A stretch of DNA of 64,000 nt from Candidatus Obscuribacterales bacterium. GTDB taxonomy: Bacteria > Cyanobacteriota > Vampirovibrionia > Obscuribacterales > Obscuribacteraceae. The stretch covers positions 1,728,001-1,792,000 of the forward strand of contig CBDDIJ010000003.1 in the NCBI GenBank assembly GCA_965228855.1. Reading direction: 5' to 3'. The stretch's first letter is position 1. The number at the start of each line of letters is the position of its first letter. Both the position numbers and the translations under genes were made by a program. Under the pieces are notes generated by a model. It had not been told where the DNA came from, did not search any database, and saw nothing but the letters and a program-made list of their open reading frames with translations. This document shows, piece by piece, positions 10,354 to 19,623 of this stretch.

Positions 10354-12120
10354 CTAGTTGCCGCGAGACTCCAATTCTCTTAAGTGTTCGCGAGCCTTCT
10401 CTGCGCGCGGATCACTGCTCGCACAAGCGTTCAAGAACTCATGCAGATTGGAAATTGCGCCGTTTCGATCGCCGTTCTGTTCCATCGCACGGCTCAAATA
10501 GAAGCGGGCATTAGCATCCTTAGGATCTATTTTTACCGCTTCTTTATAGGACTCGACAGCCGGTCCGACATAACCCTGGACAAGTAGAATAGAACCAAGC
10601 GTGGTGCGCGCTGTCACAGATTTATTATCTAAGCGCACCGCTTCCTTAGCCTGCGCGACAGCCTGATTGGTATCACCGGCACGCAGAAGTGCTGCGCTCA
10701 ACCGTTCTCGAAACTCCGATTTTTTCGGATAAAGGTCGACCGCTTCCTGCATGTAACGAACAGCCTCGTCAATTTTTCCAGCAGCAAGCGATTTGCTCGA
10801 CAACGTTTTCAATAAAGAAACGTCCTTTGGATTGATTCTATATGCATTTAGCAATTCATCCAAGCTGGCTTGCTTGTCACCGAGTTTATCTAAAATGCGT
10901 GCATGGTTGATGCGAAACAGCTCATCAGTAGGGCGAATAGCAATGGCTTTCTTATACTGTTCCGCAGCTCCTTGCCAATCGTCCTTCATGGTCAGCGCAG
11001 CACCATAGTCCGCAAGTGCATCCGCGTATTTCGAGTCGGCGGCGATGGCGAGTTTATACTGTTCCAGCGCCTCATCCACTTTTCCATCAGCGACCAGGTT
11101 ACTCGCCTTCAGGTAAGCACCTTCTGCAGAGAGAAACGACGTGACAGAACTTGGCAGATTCGCAACGCGCTCCACCGGCGGTGTTCCGAGCACGAGCGGA
11201 GTTCCCGTCCAGTTTGATTTCATTGCAGGAACTTGCTTCTTCTTCCAGCCGGCAGCGGATGTCTCAGCTTCGGTTTTCTGACGTGCAACGGCGAACGCTT
11301 TATCCAGCGAAATCAAACCGCCCTCCTGTCGAAGCGCGCTCGTCAGATTCTTCGAAAATGCACTGCTCCATGTTATTTCGTTGGGCTGGCTCGAAGACAT
11401 GATTATAAATCCATTGCCCAATGCAACTTTGCTTATATCAAGGTTGTAGGTCTGCGTGAGTGATTTTGCTCCAGACTCGAGTTCAGCCGCACCACTATAA
11501 GCAGATTGCAAAACCAATACGATTCTATCGCTCTTAACGTTCTGCTTAAGCGTCGTCATTAAGGTCTGCATCGAAATGCAAGTTCCATAAATATTGTCCA
11601 GCGCACAGTCATAAGCGCAAAGATATGTATTTCCGTCTGTAGTGGGAAACGCGCTTGTCGCCACATAAACGACAACGAGATCGTCCGGACCAACTCCGTT
11701 TCCCAGAAAGTTCGGACCAATCGCACTCATGATGTTCTGCTTGGAAGCATTTCCATCAAGCAACAATTTCACGTGCGATTTGTCGAATCTACCACCATTG
11801 GGGTCGACCAGGTAATCACAAAACTCTTTGGCCGACTGCGCCATGTCGCTGGCTTCAGCACCGCCGGGAGATAATCGACCTTCTTTGAACTTGGAGGCGC
11901 CAATCACGACCGCCCACTTCTGCTTGACGGGTCTGTTTGTACCTTTCGCGTTGGGATTGAGATCTTGGATCTTGGTAAACTCTACACCGCGCACCGTCTT
12001 TGGTGTCTGAATTTTCTCACCCGTAATTTCATCCTCATCGGCTTGCGCGAACGCGTAACTGCCCTGAAGTGCAAACACTGCCGTCAGCATCAATCTAGAC
12101 AGCCACTGAATACGGTGCAT
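10354..12120 (-). CDS. Exported caspase-fold (peptidase C14-like) protein with degenerate catalytic dyad and C-terminal TPRs
   Basis: Signal peptide ending AFA. KWAVVIGASKF, LLLDGNASKQNI, DLVVVYVATSA (normal His site), IVLVLQSAYSG (normal Cys site), QVP motif, then TPRs. ATG 12120 has a GAGG RBS; the ORF track starts at 12144. Confidence 0.85.
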   Translation of the reverse strand: MHRIQWLSRLMLTAVFALQGSYAFAQADEDEITGEKIQTPKTVRGVEFTKIQDLNPNAKGTNRPVKQKWAVVIGASKFKEGRLSPGGAEASDMAQSAKEFCDYLVDPNGGRFDKSHVKLLLDGNASKQNIMSAIGPNFLGNGVGPDDLVVVYVATSAFPTTDGNTYLCAYDCALDNIYGTCISMQTLMTTLKQNVKSDRIVLVLQSAYSGAAELESGAKSLTQTYNLDISKVALGNGFIIMSSSQPNEITWSSAFSKNLTSALRQEGGLISLDKAFAVARQKTEAETSAAGWKKKQVPAMKSNWTGTPLVLGTPPVERVANLPSSVTSFLSAEGAYLKASNLVADGKVDEALEQYKLAIAADSKYADALADYGAALTMKDDWQGAAEQYKKAIAIRPTDELFRINHARILDKLGDKQASLDELLNAYRINPKDVSLLKTLSSKSLAAGKIDEAVRYMQEAVDLYPKKSEFRERLSAALLRAGDTNQAVAQAKEAVRLDNKSVTARTTLGSILLVQGYVGPAVESYKEAVKIDPKDANARFYLSRAMEQNGDRNGAISNLHEFLNACASSDPRAEKAREHLRELESRGN

Positions 12121-12133
12121 TCTTAATCCTCGA

Positions 12134-13858
12134 TTACTTGCCATGGAAAAGTTCGATAGCAGCTGAAACCATTCCGCCTGCGCTTGTCGACGTCAGCCTC
12201 ACGAGGCTGCTATCGGTCGCTTTGTGGACTTGTGCCACCGCAGAAAAATCATCTGGTATCAAAGCTGGTTCGGGATCGTCCCACGACAGTTTCATACGCG
12301 TGGGGCAAAGGTCCTTGGCACCCGATTCATCTGGCGAGACGAACGCGGTGAGCGTACGATCTCTCAGAGAGTCCGGTGTCACGTCCACTTTTTCAGTGGC
12401 GAACACGAGACCAAGCTGTTCCGTCCCCGGATGTTCATCAAACTGCATCCAGCCGACGGCAGGTATCGGGTAGTCCTGCCCTTTTTTTAAATGATTCTGC
12501 GTTCCGTAGTCATTATTAGGAAACAAAACATCGCTTTTTCCGGTGGTTCCCGCCTTCATCACAAGATAGGCATAACCGTCATTTCCTGGGATGAGATGAA
12601 ACCTGATCGAATCTCCGGACTTAAATTGGGTTTTGTTATTGCAGCGATAGGTTTTTCCATCGCGATAAAGCTCAATCCAGAAGTTGATGCCTTGCGGTCC
12701 ATCAGTCGATGCGATCTTGTTTCTAAAGTCTGACGGTGCAGGCACCGCCGGCAGCGCCGCTATTTGCGCTTTGCGTCGGGACTCTTCCAGCTCCGCATCC
12801 GTAGGGAGTTTCGCTGTAGCATACTCCTCTCTGGATGCCACTACAGGCAGTTTCCCACCTGCTATGACTTTCGTATCGAGGGGGGCGACATTTCGGTCGA
12901 TCCAGGTCGTGACGAATTTCAAGTCATCCGGCTTGAATTGCCCCTTCTCAAAAATCAAGTGTTCGGAATTTTTGCTCAAAACCAGCTGCCGATTGGAGGT
13001 GTTCAAGCGCTCGAACAATTTCCATGTACCGGCGGGGCGAATAAGTTTATCGTTTGTTCCCTGCAAGAAAAGAACAGGAGTGTCTTTGACCATGGCTGCG
13101 GCGTTTAAGTTTTTCGACATGAATTCGTCAAACTGTACGAATTCTTTCGGCGCGAAGTCTGTCCTCATCAACGGATCGTTTTTCCACTCGCTGCGAAGTT
13201 CTTCGTTCAAAGAAATCTTTTGCACCGCAGACAGTGCCACATTGTCCATCTTTTTCCCGTAGCCACCAAAGATGGTGCTCAAGCCAGCCTTGAGTGCAAC
13301 CTTGGCTTCATCACCACTCATGCCGAATCTGTCGCGGGCGGGCACCGCCGCGACAAGTCCATTGATCAAGTCTGGGTAAAATGCACAAGCTCTCAATGCA
13401 ATTGCACCACCCATCGATTCGCCTAGAATAACTACCGGCACGCCTGGATGCTGCTTGCGAATGTACTCCAGTGCAGCTTTGATGTCGACAAGGCATCCGT
13501 CGAAATCCATGCTCGAGGTTTCCGCATTCGTCTTCAACTCACCGAAGCCGCGCAAGTCGATGGCATATGTGGCAATTCCGTCCTTCGCCATCTCTTTGCC
13601 AAACTCGGCATAGCAGCCTTTGTGCAAGCTGAAACCGTGAATGCACAGCAGCGCCACTTTCGGCTTATCATTGGGAAGCCACGAAACGCATTTGATGTCT
13701 TGCGGTTTCGCCGCGGGTGGACGCAAGGTTAGCGACTTTGCACCACTGTTTGCTCCGTCTGAAGACTCAGGAGCGTCTGCTTGTGCAAGAATCGGCTGAT
13801 TAAGACTAAAAACTGAAATAGCTGCAAGCGCGAGTTGTGTAGAAATTTGGATTTTCAT
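12134..13858 (-). CDS. Exported alpha/beta hydrolase (lysophospholipase/Hydrolase_4-like) fused to a C-terminal DUF4384-like domain
   Basis: Signal peptide; LLCIHGFSLH, DLRGFG, nucleophile GESMGG, LQGTNDKLI, SEHLIF; C-terminal FKSGDSIRFHL..DGYAYLV..VLFPN..GTEQLGLVFA. ATG 13858 is preferred to the TTG at 13897. Confidence 0.85.
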   Translation of the reverse strand: MKIQISTQLALAAISVFSLNQPILAQADAPESSDGANSGAKSLTLRPPAAKPQDIKCVSWLPNDKPKVALLCIHGFSLHKGCYAEFGKEMAKDGIATYAIDLRGFGELKTNAETSSMDFDGCLVDIKAALEYIRKQHPGVPVVILGESMGGAIALRACAFYPDLINGLVAAVPARDRFGMSGDEAKVALKAGLSTIFGGYGKKMDNVALSAVQKISLNEELRSEWKNDPLMRTDFAPKEFVQFDEFMSKNLNAAAMVKDTPVLFLQGTNDKLIRPAGTWKLFERLNTSNRQLVLSKNSEHLIFEKGQFKPDDLKFVTTWIDRNVAPLDTKVIAGGKLPVVASREEYATAKLPTDAELEESRRKAQIAALPAVPAPSDFRNKIASTDGPQGINFWIELYRDGKTYRCNNKTQFKSGDSIRFHLIPGNDGYAYLVMKAGTTGKSDVLFPNNDYGTQNHLKKGQDYPIPAVGWMQFDEHPGTEQLGLVFATEKVDVTPDSLRDRTLTAFVSPDESGAKDLCPTRMKLSWDDPEPALIPDDFSAVAQVHKATDSSLVRLTSTSAGGMVSAAIELFHGK

Positions 13859-14032
13859 GTCGCCCCAACTCCTGAGACCGTCGCCCAGAGCCTCCAAGCA
13901 GTCTCAAGTATACATTATAAGCGGCCTCGCTCCCGCATGTGACGAACTCGTGATTTCGCCGATAAAGTTCGTTGCCGCTTGGAAGCCTTATTGGGTATAA
14001 ACTTATAGATATTTTCTGTGGACCTTGACTAG

Positions 14033-15976
14033 ATGGCAAATTCGACGCACTCGATTGGTTTTCGCCGCTTAATGGACGCGGTCTTGAAGAACGTCAGCGA
14101 GCCTTTGCAGGCAAGGCTTTTCGATACCTGGATAGCTGGAGAGGAGACGCCCGACGCCGGACGGCAGATCGCGACAGACCTCCTCCTCATTGCCACTTCG
14201 CTGCATGTCAAGAAGCAAGGTTTGACTCACGGTCAATATGCATTCCTGGGAGATCTATACGACCATTGCCTGCACAAGGAGCCCGGAGGAACGGTCGATC
14301 AACATAAGAAACGCCTGATCGAACTGGTCACAGAAAACGAATTTTACTGGGAACCACCCATATCTTCGCTTAACTTACTGCGTGGTTATGATGCTGTTTC
14401 AAAAACAACCGTCGCGCCGATGTACAAAGACCTGTTGTTGAAGATCGTGACTGTCACATTGACTCACGTGGAAAAACCGACTGCGACAGACAATCAGATT
14501 CTGTCTGACTACGACCAACTTTGGACAGAAATAGTTACAGCCACGAGAACCCCAGCCAAAAGAGTGCATCCGGACAGTAGTCCGTTGATCGCGGATATCA
14601 ATAGAGCGGTTCTTGAACTGGTGGTTCCCGCTCGAGAAGTTATCAAGGCGGTTGATGAACTTCAGCGCATGCCGGGTTTGAAGGACACGGAAGGTTTTAT
14701 TCGTAAGAGCTTCACCAACTACTGTGCACAAGCGATTCTTGCTGACTCGCATGTAGACCAGAAAGAGCTTGAGCTGTTTTACGATCTCGCGCCGACCCTC
14801 ATGTTCTTTGGCAATCAGGGAAGTATTCAGAATTTGCAAGAGGCTTTTCAACGAGCATCGAAAAATATCGAACCTAACGAAACTCCGCTGCTCGTCAGTA
14901 TTCTCGACATGTACGACAGGTCGATGCACACCGAACTTGGTGCGCGCGCTCGCTCGTTGTATTTCAGACTTGCGAACACTGCATTCAAAGCAGACCACAC
15001 CGTCAGTGCAGACGAGCTGGTATGGCTGGAGAAATTCAAAGAAACGCTTTATCCGCACGAAACTTTAGAGCGTGTTGAAAAACTGGTTTCGGAAGACGGG
15101 ATCGAGAAACTACCTGAAAGACCGATCTTCGGCAACATATCGGTCGAACAGAGTCTTGCGGAACTAAATGCCAGTGTTGGAATGGAACGTGTTAAACAGG
15201 ATATGGCTCAGCTCGTGAATTTCATTAAAGTTCAACAGATGCGTGAGCAGAAAGGACTGCCCGGCTCGGGCGTGCCGAAACATTTTGTCTTTTGCGGTAA
15301 TCCTGGAACTGGAAAAACGTCCGTCGCTAGAATTTTGTCGAACATCTACAAAGCCCTCGGCATATTTAAAAAAGGTCAAATCGTCCAAGCCAGTCGCGCA
15401 GATTTGGTCGTAGAAGGGCATCCGGGTAAGAGTGCAGTGAAAGTCAAAGACTCTTCGTTCGCCGCAATCGGCGGCGTACTGTTCATCGACGAGGCAAATG
15501 AATTGCTGCTGGAGGGTGTTCAAGATCCACAAGGCAAAGAGGCTGTCGAGACACTAGTGAAGGCAATAGAAGATCGACCGGAAACGATTGTTGTAATTCT
15601 GGCTGGGCAGCAGGATAAGATGGAGCGATTTTTAAATTCGAATACCGCACTGAAAACCCGCTTCAACAAAGCGTTCTATTTTGACGACTACTCTCCCGAT
15701 CAGATGATCGAAATCTTTCGGTCGTTCTGCGATCGAGCCGCATTTCAGACCAGTCCCGAAGTCATGCGGCTAGTCAAATCTCTATTCGAACGGCTCCATG
15801 CCGAACGAAGCGGTGGATTCGGTAACGCCAAAGAGGTCAGGCGCATCTTCGAAAACATCATTGGCAACCAGGCAAACCGAGTTATTGCGCTTCTGCCGGT
15901 CAATGAAGAAATACTTTCGACAATTACCGAAGACGACGTACAGCCACTTCTAGCGGGTCTGAGCGTCAGGCAGTAA
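14033..15976 (+). CDS. AAA+ ATPase of CbbX/SpoVK type with N-terminal TerB-like helical domains
   Basis: Walker A GNPGTGKTS, Walker B VLFIDEA, GFGNAKEVR; N-terminal ADSHVDQKELE and ADHTVSADEL motifs. Confidence 0.85.
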   Translation: MANSTHSIGFRRLMDAVLKNVSEPLQARLFDTWIAGEETPDAGRQIATDLLLIATSLHVKKQGLTHGQYAFLGDLYDHCLHKEPGGTVDQHKKRLIELVTENEFYWEPPISSLNLLRGYDAVSKTTVAPMYKDLLLKIVTVTLTHVEKPTATDNQILSDYDQLWTEIVTATRTPAKRVHPDSSPLIADINRAVLELVVPAREVIKAVDELQRMPGLKDTEGFIRKSFTNYCAQAILADSHVDQKELELFYDLAPTLMFFGNQGSIQNLQEAFQRASKNIEPNETPLLVSILDMYDRSMHTELGARARSLYFRLANTAFKADHTVSADELVWLEKFKETLYPHETLERVEKLVSEDGIEKLPERPIFGNISVEQSLAELNASVGMERVKQDMAQLVNFIKVQQMREQKGLPGSGVPKHFVFCGNPGTGKTSVARILSNIYKALGIFKKGQIVQASRADLVVEGHPGKSAVKVKDSSFAAIGGVLFIDEANELLLEGVQDPQGKEAVETLVKAIEDRPETIVVILAGQQDKMERFLNSNTALKTRFNKAFYFDDYSPDQMIEIFRSFCDRAAFQTSPEVMRLVKSLFERLHAERSGGFGNAKEVRRIFENIIGNQANRVIALLPVNEEILSTITEDDVQPLLAGLSVRQ

Positions 15977-16110
15977 AACTTGGTTTGTAGTCTGAACGCC
16001 GCCTCTCTCGAAATTTAATTGAGCAGAGATATGGGACTGCATATATGTCGCGGTCTGATCGACTATATCTGTAAGAGACGAAGCGAAAGAGAGGCGGTAC
16101 AATCGGTGCC

Positions 16111-16947
16111 ATGAGTTACAGCGCGGCACTGACCGAGACACAAATATTCAGATCGCCCCTCAGGTATCCTGGTGGGAAACAGAAAGCGATGCATCAGATC
16201 GCTCCGATGTTACCTGCCAATGCGAATGAATATCGTGAACCAATGGTCGGAGGAGGCAGCGTTTATTTTCACGCAAGAAGTGTTGGCCTTGCGAACTCTT
16301 ATTGGATCAATGACCTCTTCTCTGAACTTGTCGCGTTCTGGCGATCCACCCAGGACCAGGAAACTTGCTTGCGACTCACGCAGGAACTCGAAGCCCTGCG
16401 AGCGTCGTTCAAATCAGTAAAGGACATAAAGCGCTTTTTTCTCAAGGCTCGAAATGAGAAGGTTAGCGATGACTATCGCGCGGCTTTGCTGTTTTTCTTT
16501 TTCAACCGGGTCACTTTCTCCGGCACTACGCGCGCCGGTGGCTTCTCAGCGGCGGCAAGTCTGCAGCGATTCACGCCTTCATCCATTGAGCGTTTGCATC
16601 CGTTGCCTGCCGCATTGAAAGATACGAAAATTACTTCGCTCGATTTTGAAAGCGTTATAGACGCTCCAGGGAAGGACGTATTCATTTTCTTGGACCCACC
16701 TTATTTCACGGCGACAAGACTCTACGGTCGAAGCGGTGAGTTGCACGAATTCGATCATGCGCGCTTAGCGCAAATTTTGCGCGCAAGCAATCATCGCTTT
16801 CTTGTCACTTACGATGACTGCGAAAAGATCCGCGAGCTTTATTCTTGGGCAAATATCAAACCCTGGGCGCTGCAGTATGGAATGAATAATTGCAATCTGG
16901 CAAACACCAGCAAGATTGGTTCCGAGATTTTTATTTCAAACTACTAG
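16111..16947 (+). CDS. DNA adenine methyltransferase, Dam/D12 class, apparently orphan
   Basis: SPLRYPGGK, EPMVGGGSV (motif I), IND, FLDPPY (motif IV), EIFISNY. Confidence 0.92.
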   Translation: MSYSAALTETQIFRSPLRYPGGKQKAMHQIAPMLPANANEYREPMVGGGSVYFHARSVGLANSYWINDLFSELVAFWRSTQDQETCLRLTQELEALRASFKSVKDIKRFFLKARNEKVSDDYRAALLFFFFNRVTFSGTTRAGGFSAAASLQRFTPSSIERLHPLPAALKDTKITSLDFESVIDAPGKDVFIFLDPPYFTATRLYGRSGELHEFDHARLAQILRASNHRFLVTYDDCEKIRELYSWANIKPWALQYGMNNCNLANTSKIGSEIFISNY

Positions 16948-16957
16948 GCTACACCGC

Positions 16958-17908
16958 CTAATGTTTGCTGATGCTCTTAATCTGCGCCATGATTGCCTGG
17001 GCTTCGTCAGTTCGTCCTTGAAAACGAAGCAAGCGCTCGTAATTAGTTAAGGTGATTAGGCAGCTGCTCGCCGTGACACCGCCTTTTTTCTGGAATGCGA
17101 TTGCTTCCTTCATTAGGGCCTCCGCGTGCTTCACATCCTCCTTGTGTATGCAGTCCGCCGCGTAGTTGTTCAAATAGATGACAAAACTCTCTTTGACCTG
17201 ATCGGAATCAGGTGCGATGGTTAGCGCGTCTCGACAATCCTGCAAACCTTCTTCGTACTTTTTCTGCGCAAATAGATCCGTCGCATTGTTACAGAGCTTG
17301 AAAGCGCGATTGAGTTTCATGTTCGCATTATTTTCAGCGTTTACCGTTTCAACTTCGGCAGCATTTTCAGCAGCATCAGCTACAGGAGGATTTTGAAGCT
17401 CTTGCAGATTTTCCCGCACGATGTCCGCATTCTCACCGGTAGGTTGAAGTTCCAGCGCTTTCATATAGGAGGTGATCGCCAGATCGTTCTGTTTTAGATT
17501 AGCCGACGATTCGCCGAGCAGCGCCCAGCCCCCGAAGAACGTGGGGGCAAGGCCTGTACAAGTTTTCGCTTCTGCTTGAGCTTCGGCATCTTTGCTCAAT
17601 TGGAGCAGAACGAAACCGTATTTGTAATGAGCGGAAGCTAGATTCGGTTCCTTATCGAGAAGTGACTTGAGAACGGTTGCAGCTTCTGAATAATTTCTCG
17701 CATCGATCAACTTCTGCGCGCTGGAGAACGCCTGACCGGCTTCGACACTAACGATATCGTCACCGATCTTGAACATCTGCTTCATTTGCACTTGCTGTTT
17801 AGCTCCACAAGGCTGAACCAGCACAGAGCCTGATAACGCAAGGAGCGCCACCATGAGCGATACCATCTTAGTGCGTCGAAGGACGACGGATTCAATTTGT
17901 TTTTTCAT
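16958..17908 (-). CDS. Exported TPR-repeat protein
   Basis: Signal-like N-terminus; TPR patterns such as AHYKYGFVLLQL, GWALLGES, YMKALELQP. Confidence 0.8.
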   Translation of the reverse strand: MKKQIESVVLRRTKMVSLMVALLALSGSVLVQPCGAKQQVQMKQMFKIGDDIVSVEAGQAFSSAQKLIDARNYSEAATVLKSLLDKEPNLASAHYKYGFVLLQLSKDAEAQAEAKTCTGLAPTFFGGWALLGESSANLKQNDLAITSYMKALELQPTGENADIVRENLQELQNPPVADAAENAAEVETVNAENNANMKLNRAFKLCNNATDLFAQKKYEEGLQDCRDALTIAPDSDQVKESFVIYLNNYAADCIHKEDVKHAEALMKEAIAFQKKGGVTASSCLITLTNYERLLRFQGRTDEAQAIMAQIKSISKH

Positions 17909-18076
17909 AGCGACTGCTTTGCAACTATTTAGGGCCGAGGAAATTCTATCTCAACATAAGCTAGATTCGGGATTGAATAGGTTTTATAATCCGACAACGC
18001 CCAGATAAAGCGCTGGGCGTGCTTCGAACTACCTGCACAATGACTATTGAGAACGCGAAACGCGGAAAGGGTTCAA

Positions 18077-18835
18077 ATGAACAGGGAATATCACAAATGG
18101 CACAGTCCAAACCTGAACAGGGACATGGAACTGCTGGTCTTTGGTCATGCGGGGGCGCGCGTCATTGTATTCCCCACCTCATGCGGTAGATTCTATGACT
18201 GGGAAAACCGCGAGATGATCAAAGCGCTCGAATACCATATCGAGCAGGGCTGGATTCAAGTCTTTTGCGTGGACAGCGTCGACCGCGAGAGCTGGTGGAA
18301 TATGGAAGCGCATCCCAAGGATCGTGCCATCCGCCACCTCACGTATCAGAAATATGTCGTCGATGAGGTACTCCCCTGGACGAAAAAATTGAACCAGAAT
18401 GATTTTGTCATTGCTCTAGGAGCAAGCATGGGAGCTTACCATGCGATCAACATCGCGTTGAACTATCCAGACAATTTCAACCGCACCATCGGCATGAGTG
18501 GACCTTACGATTTCGCGCAAATGAGCGGACCATACAGCGTATTCAACTGGGTTTTCGACTATTACGACGACAATGTCCACAAGTGTAATCCGGCGGCCTC
18601 AGTCCGAAGCGCTTCAGAGGAGCAGCTTGCGAAACTCAGAAAACTCGACATCATTTTCGCAATGGGACAAACAGATCCGCTCTTTGGCAGCAACGAGATT
18701 TTCCATCAAGTGCTCGATGAAAAGGAAGTTCCACACGCTTATCGCGTTTGGGATGGTTTCGCACACGACTGGCCGATCTGGCACGAGATGGTGCTTCACT
18801 ACATCGGCGGCGACGGCACTCGTTTAGCTGTTTAG
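18077..18835 (+). CDS. Esterase, alpha/beta hydrolase (COG4947-like)
   Basis: MNREYHKWHSPNLNRDMELLVFGHAG, FPTS.GRFYDWE, GASMGAYHA, AHDWPIW. ATG 18077 preferred. Confidence 0.88.
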   Translation: MNREYHKWHSPNLNRDMELLVFGHAGARVIVFPTSCGRFYDWENREMIKALEYHIEQGWIQVFCVDSVDRESWWNMEAHPKDRAIRHLTYQKYVVDEVLPWTKKLNQNDFVIALGASMGAYHAINIALNYPDNFNRTIGMSGPYDFAQMSGPYSVFNWVFDYYDDNVHKCNPAASVRSASEEQLAKLRKLDIIFAMGQTDPLFGSNEIFHQVLDEKEVPHAYRVWDGFAHDWPIWHEMVLHYIGGDGTRLAV

Positions 18836-18901
18836 TAGCGGCTAGCGGTTTGACTGCTGAGCTATTGAGCAGTATAGCAATGAAGGAGCCTTAAGGCGTT
18901 G

Positions 18902-19522
18902 TTAGCTGGTCGATACCGCAGCTTGACTCTTGAGAGCTTCCAAACGTTGCTGGGCAGCGTCCGCTTCTGCATGCAGACCGGCACCACGCATGACACCATC
19001 ATAGGTGTTATAGATCATTTTGCGTGTGACGGGCTCTTGCACATTCGCCCACTCAAGCACTTCTTCAAAAATTTGCTGGCTCTTCTCGAGATCCTTGATG
19101 GTCGTTCCATACGCTTTCGCCAGAGCCATCAAACTCATTTTGCATTCAAACGAATCTCGACCGAACATCTCCATCATTTTTTTAGCGTCCATGTAATGCA
19201 AGGCTTCGACTTCCTGCATGCGGTTTTGCTTCGCAAGAATGCGTTCGAGATCGGTGATTGGAGACACCGGTTCCTTTGCAAGATTTGCATGCACGTAACG
19301 CATATCCGTCGCCTCTTTCAGAAGGCGCTCCGCAGGCGCGTAATCGTCAAGTAGACGCAGTAGTCCAGCGAGACTACAGCGACTGTAGTACGAATTGTTC
19401 GCATCTTTTCTTGCATCGGCGTCTTCCATCGCTCGCTTGTAGCAATCTTTCGCCTCGTCATATTTTCCGCCCCGTGCGGCGGATTCAGCCATGTTTGTGA
19501 GATTCGACCAGGACTCGCTCAT
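18902..19522 (-). CDS. TPR-like helical repeat protein
   Basis: GKYDEAKDCYKRAM and YAPAERLLKEA helical repeats; GGAG RBS. Confidence 0.75.
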   Translation of the reverse strand: MSESWSNLTNMAESAARGGKYDEAKDCYKRAMEDADARKDANNSYYSRCSLAGLLRLLDDYAPAERLLKEATDMRYVHANLAKEPVSPITDLERILAKQNRMQEVEALHYMDAKKMMEMFGRDSFECKMSLMALAKAYGTTIKDLEKSQQIFEEVLEWANVQEPVTRKMIYNTYDGVMRGAGLHAEADAAQQRLEALKSQAAVSTS

Positions 19523-19623
19523 TATGGTTCTCCCTGATTTTAGCGACTAGACGGGTTCAGCGTTTTGCGTTTCTCGGTCCCGAGTTCACCCGTTTCTTAT
19601 GCCCGGTCATCAGAGAAACGATA

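Noticed and set aside
14033..15976. Rubisco activase CbbX
   Set aside because: No Rubisco genes nearby and a large extra N-terminus; only the ATPase family is shared.
16111..17908. Type II restriction-modification system
   Set aside because: The flanking genes show no nuclease motifs.
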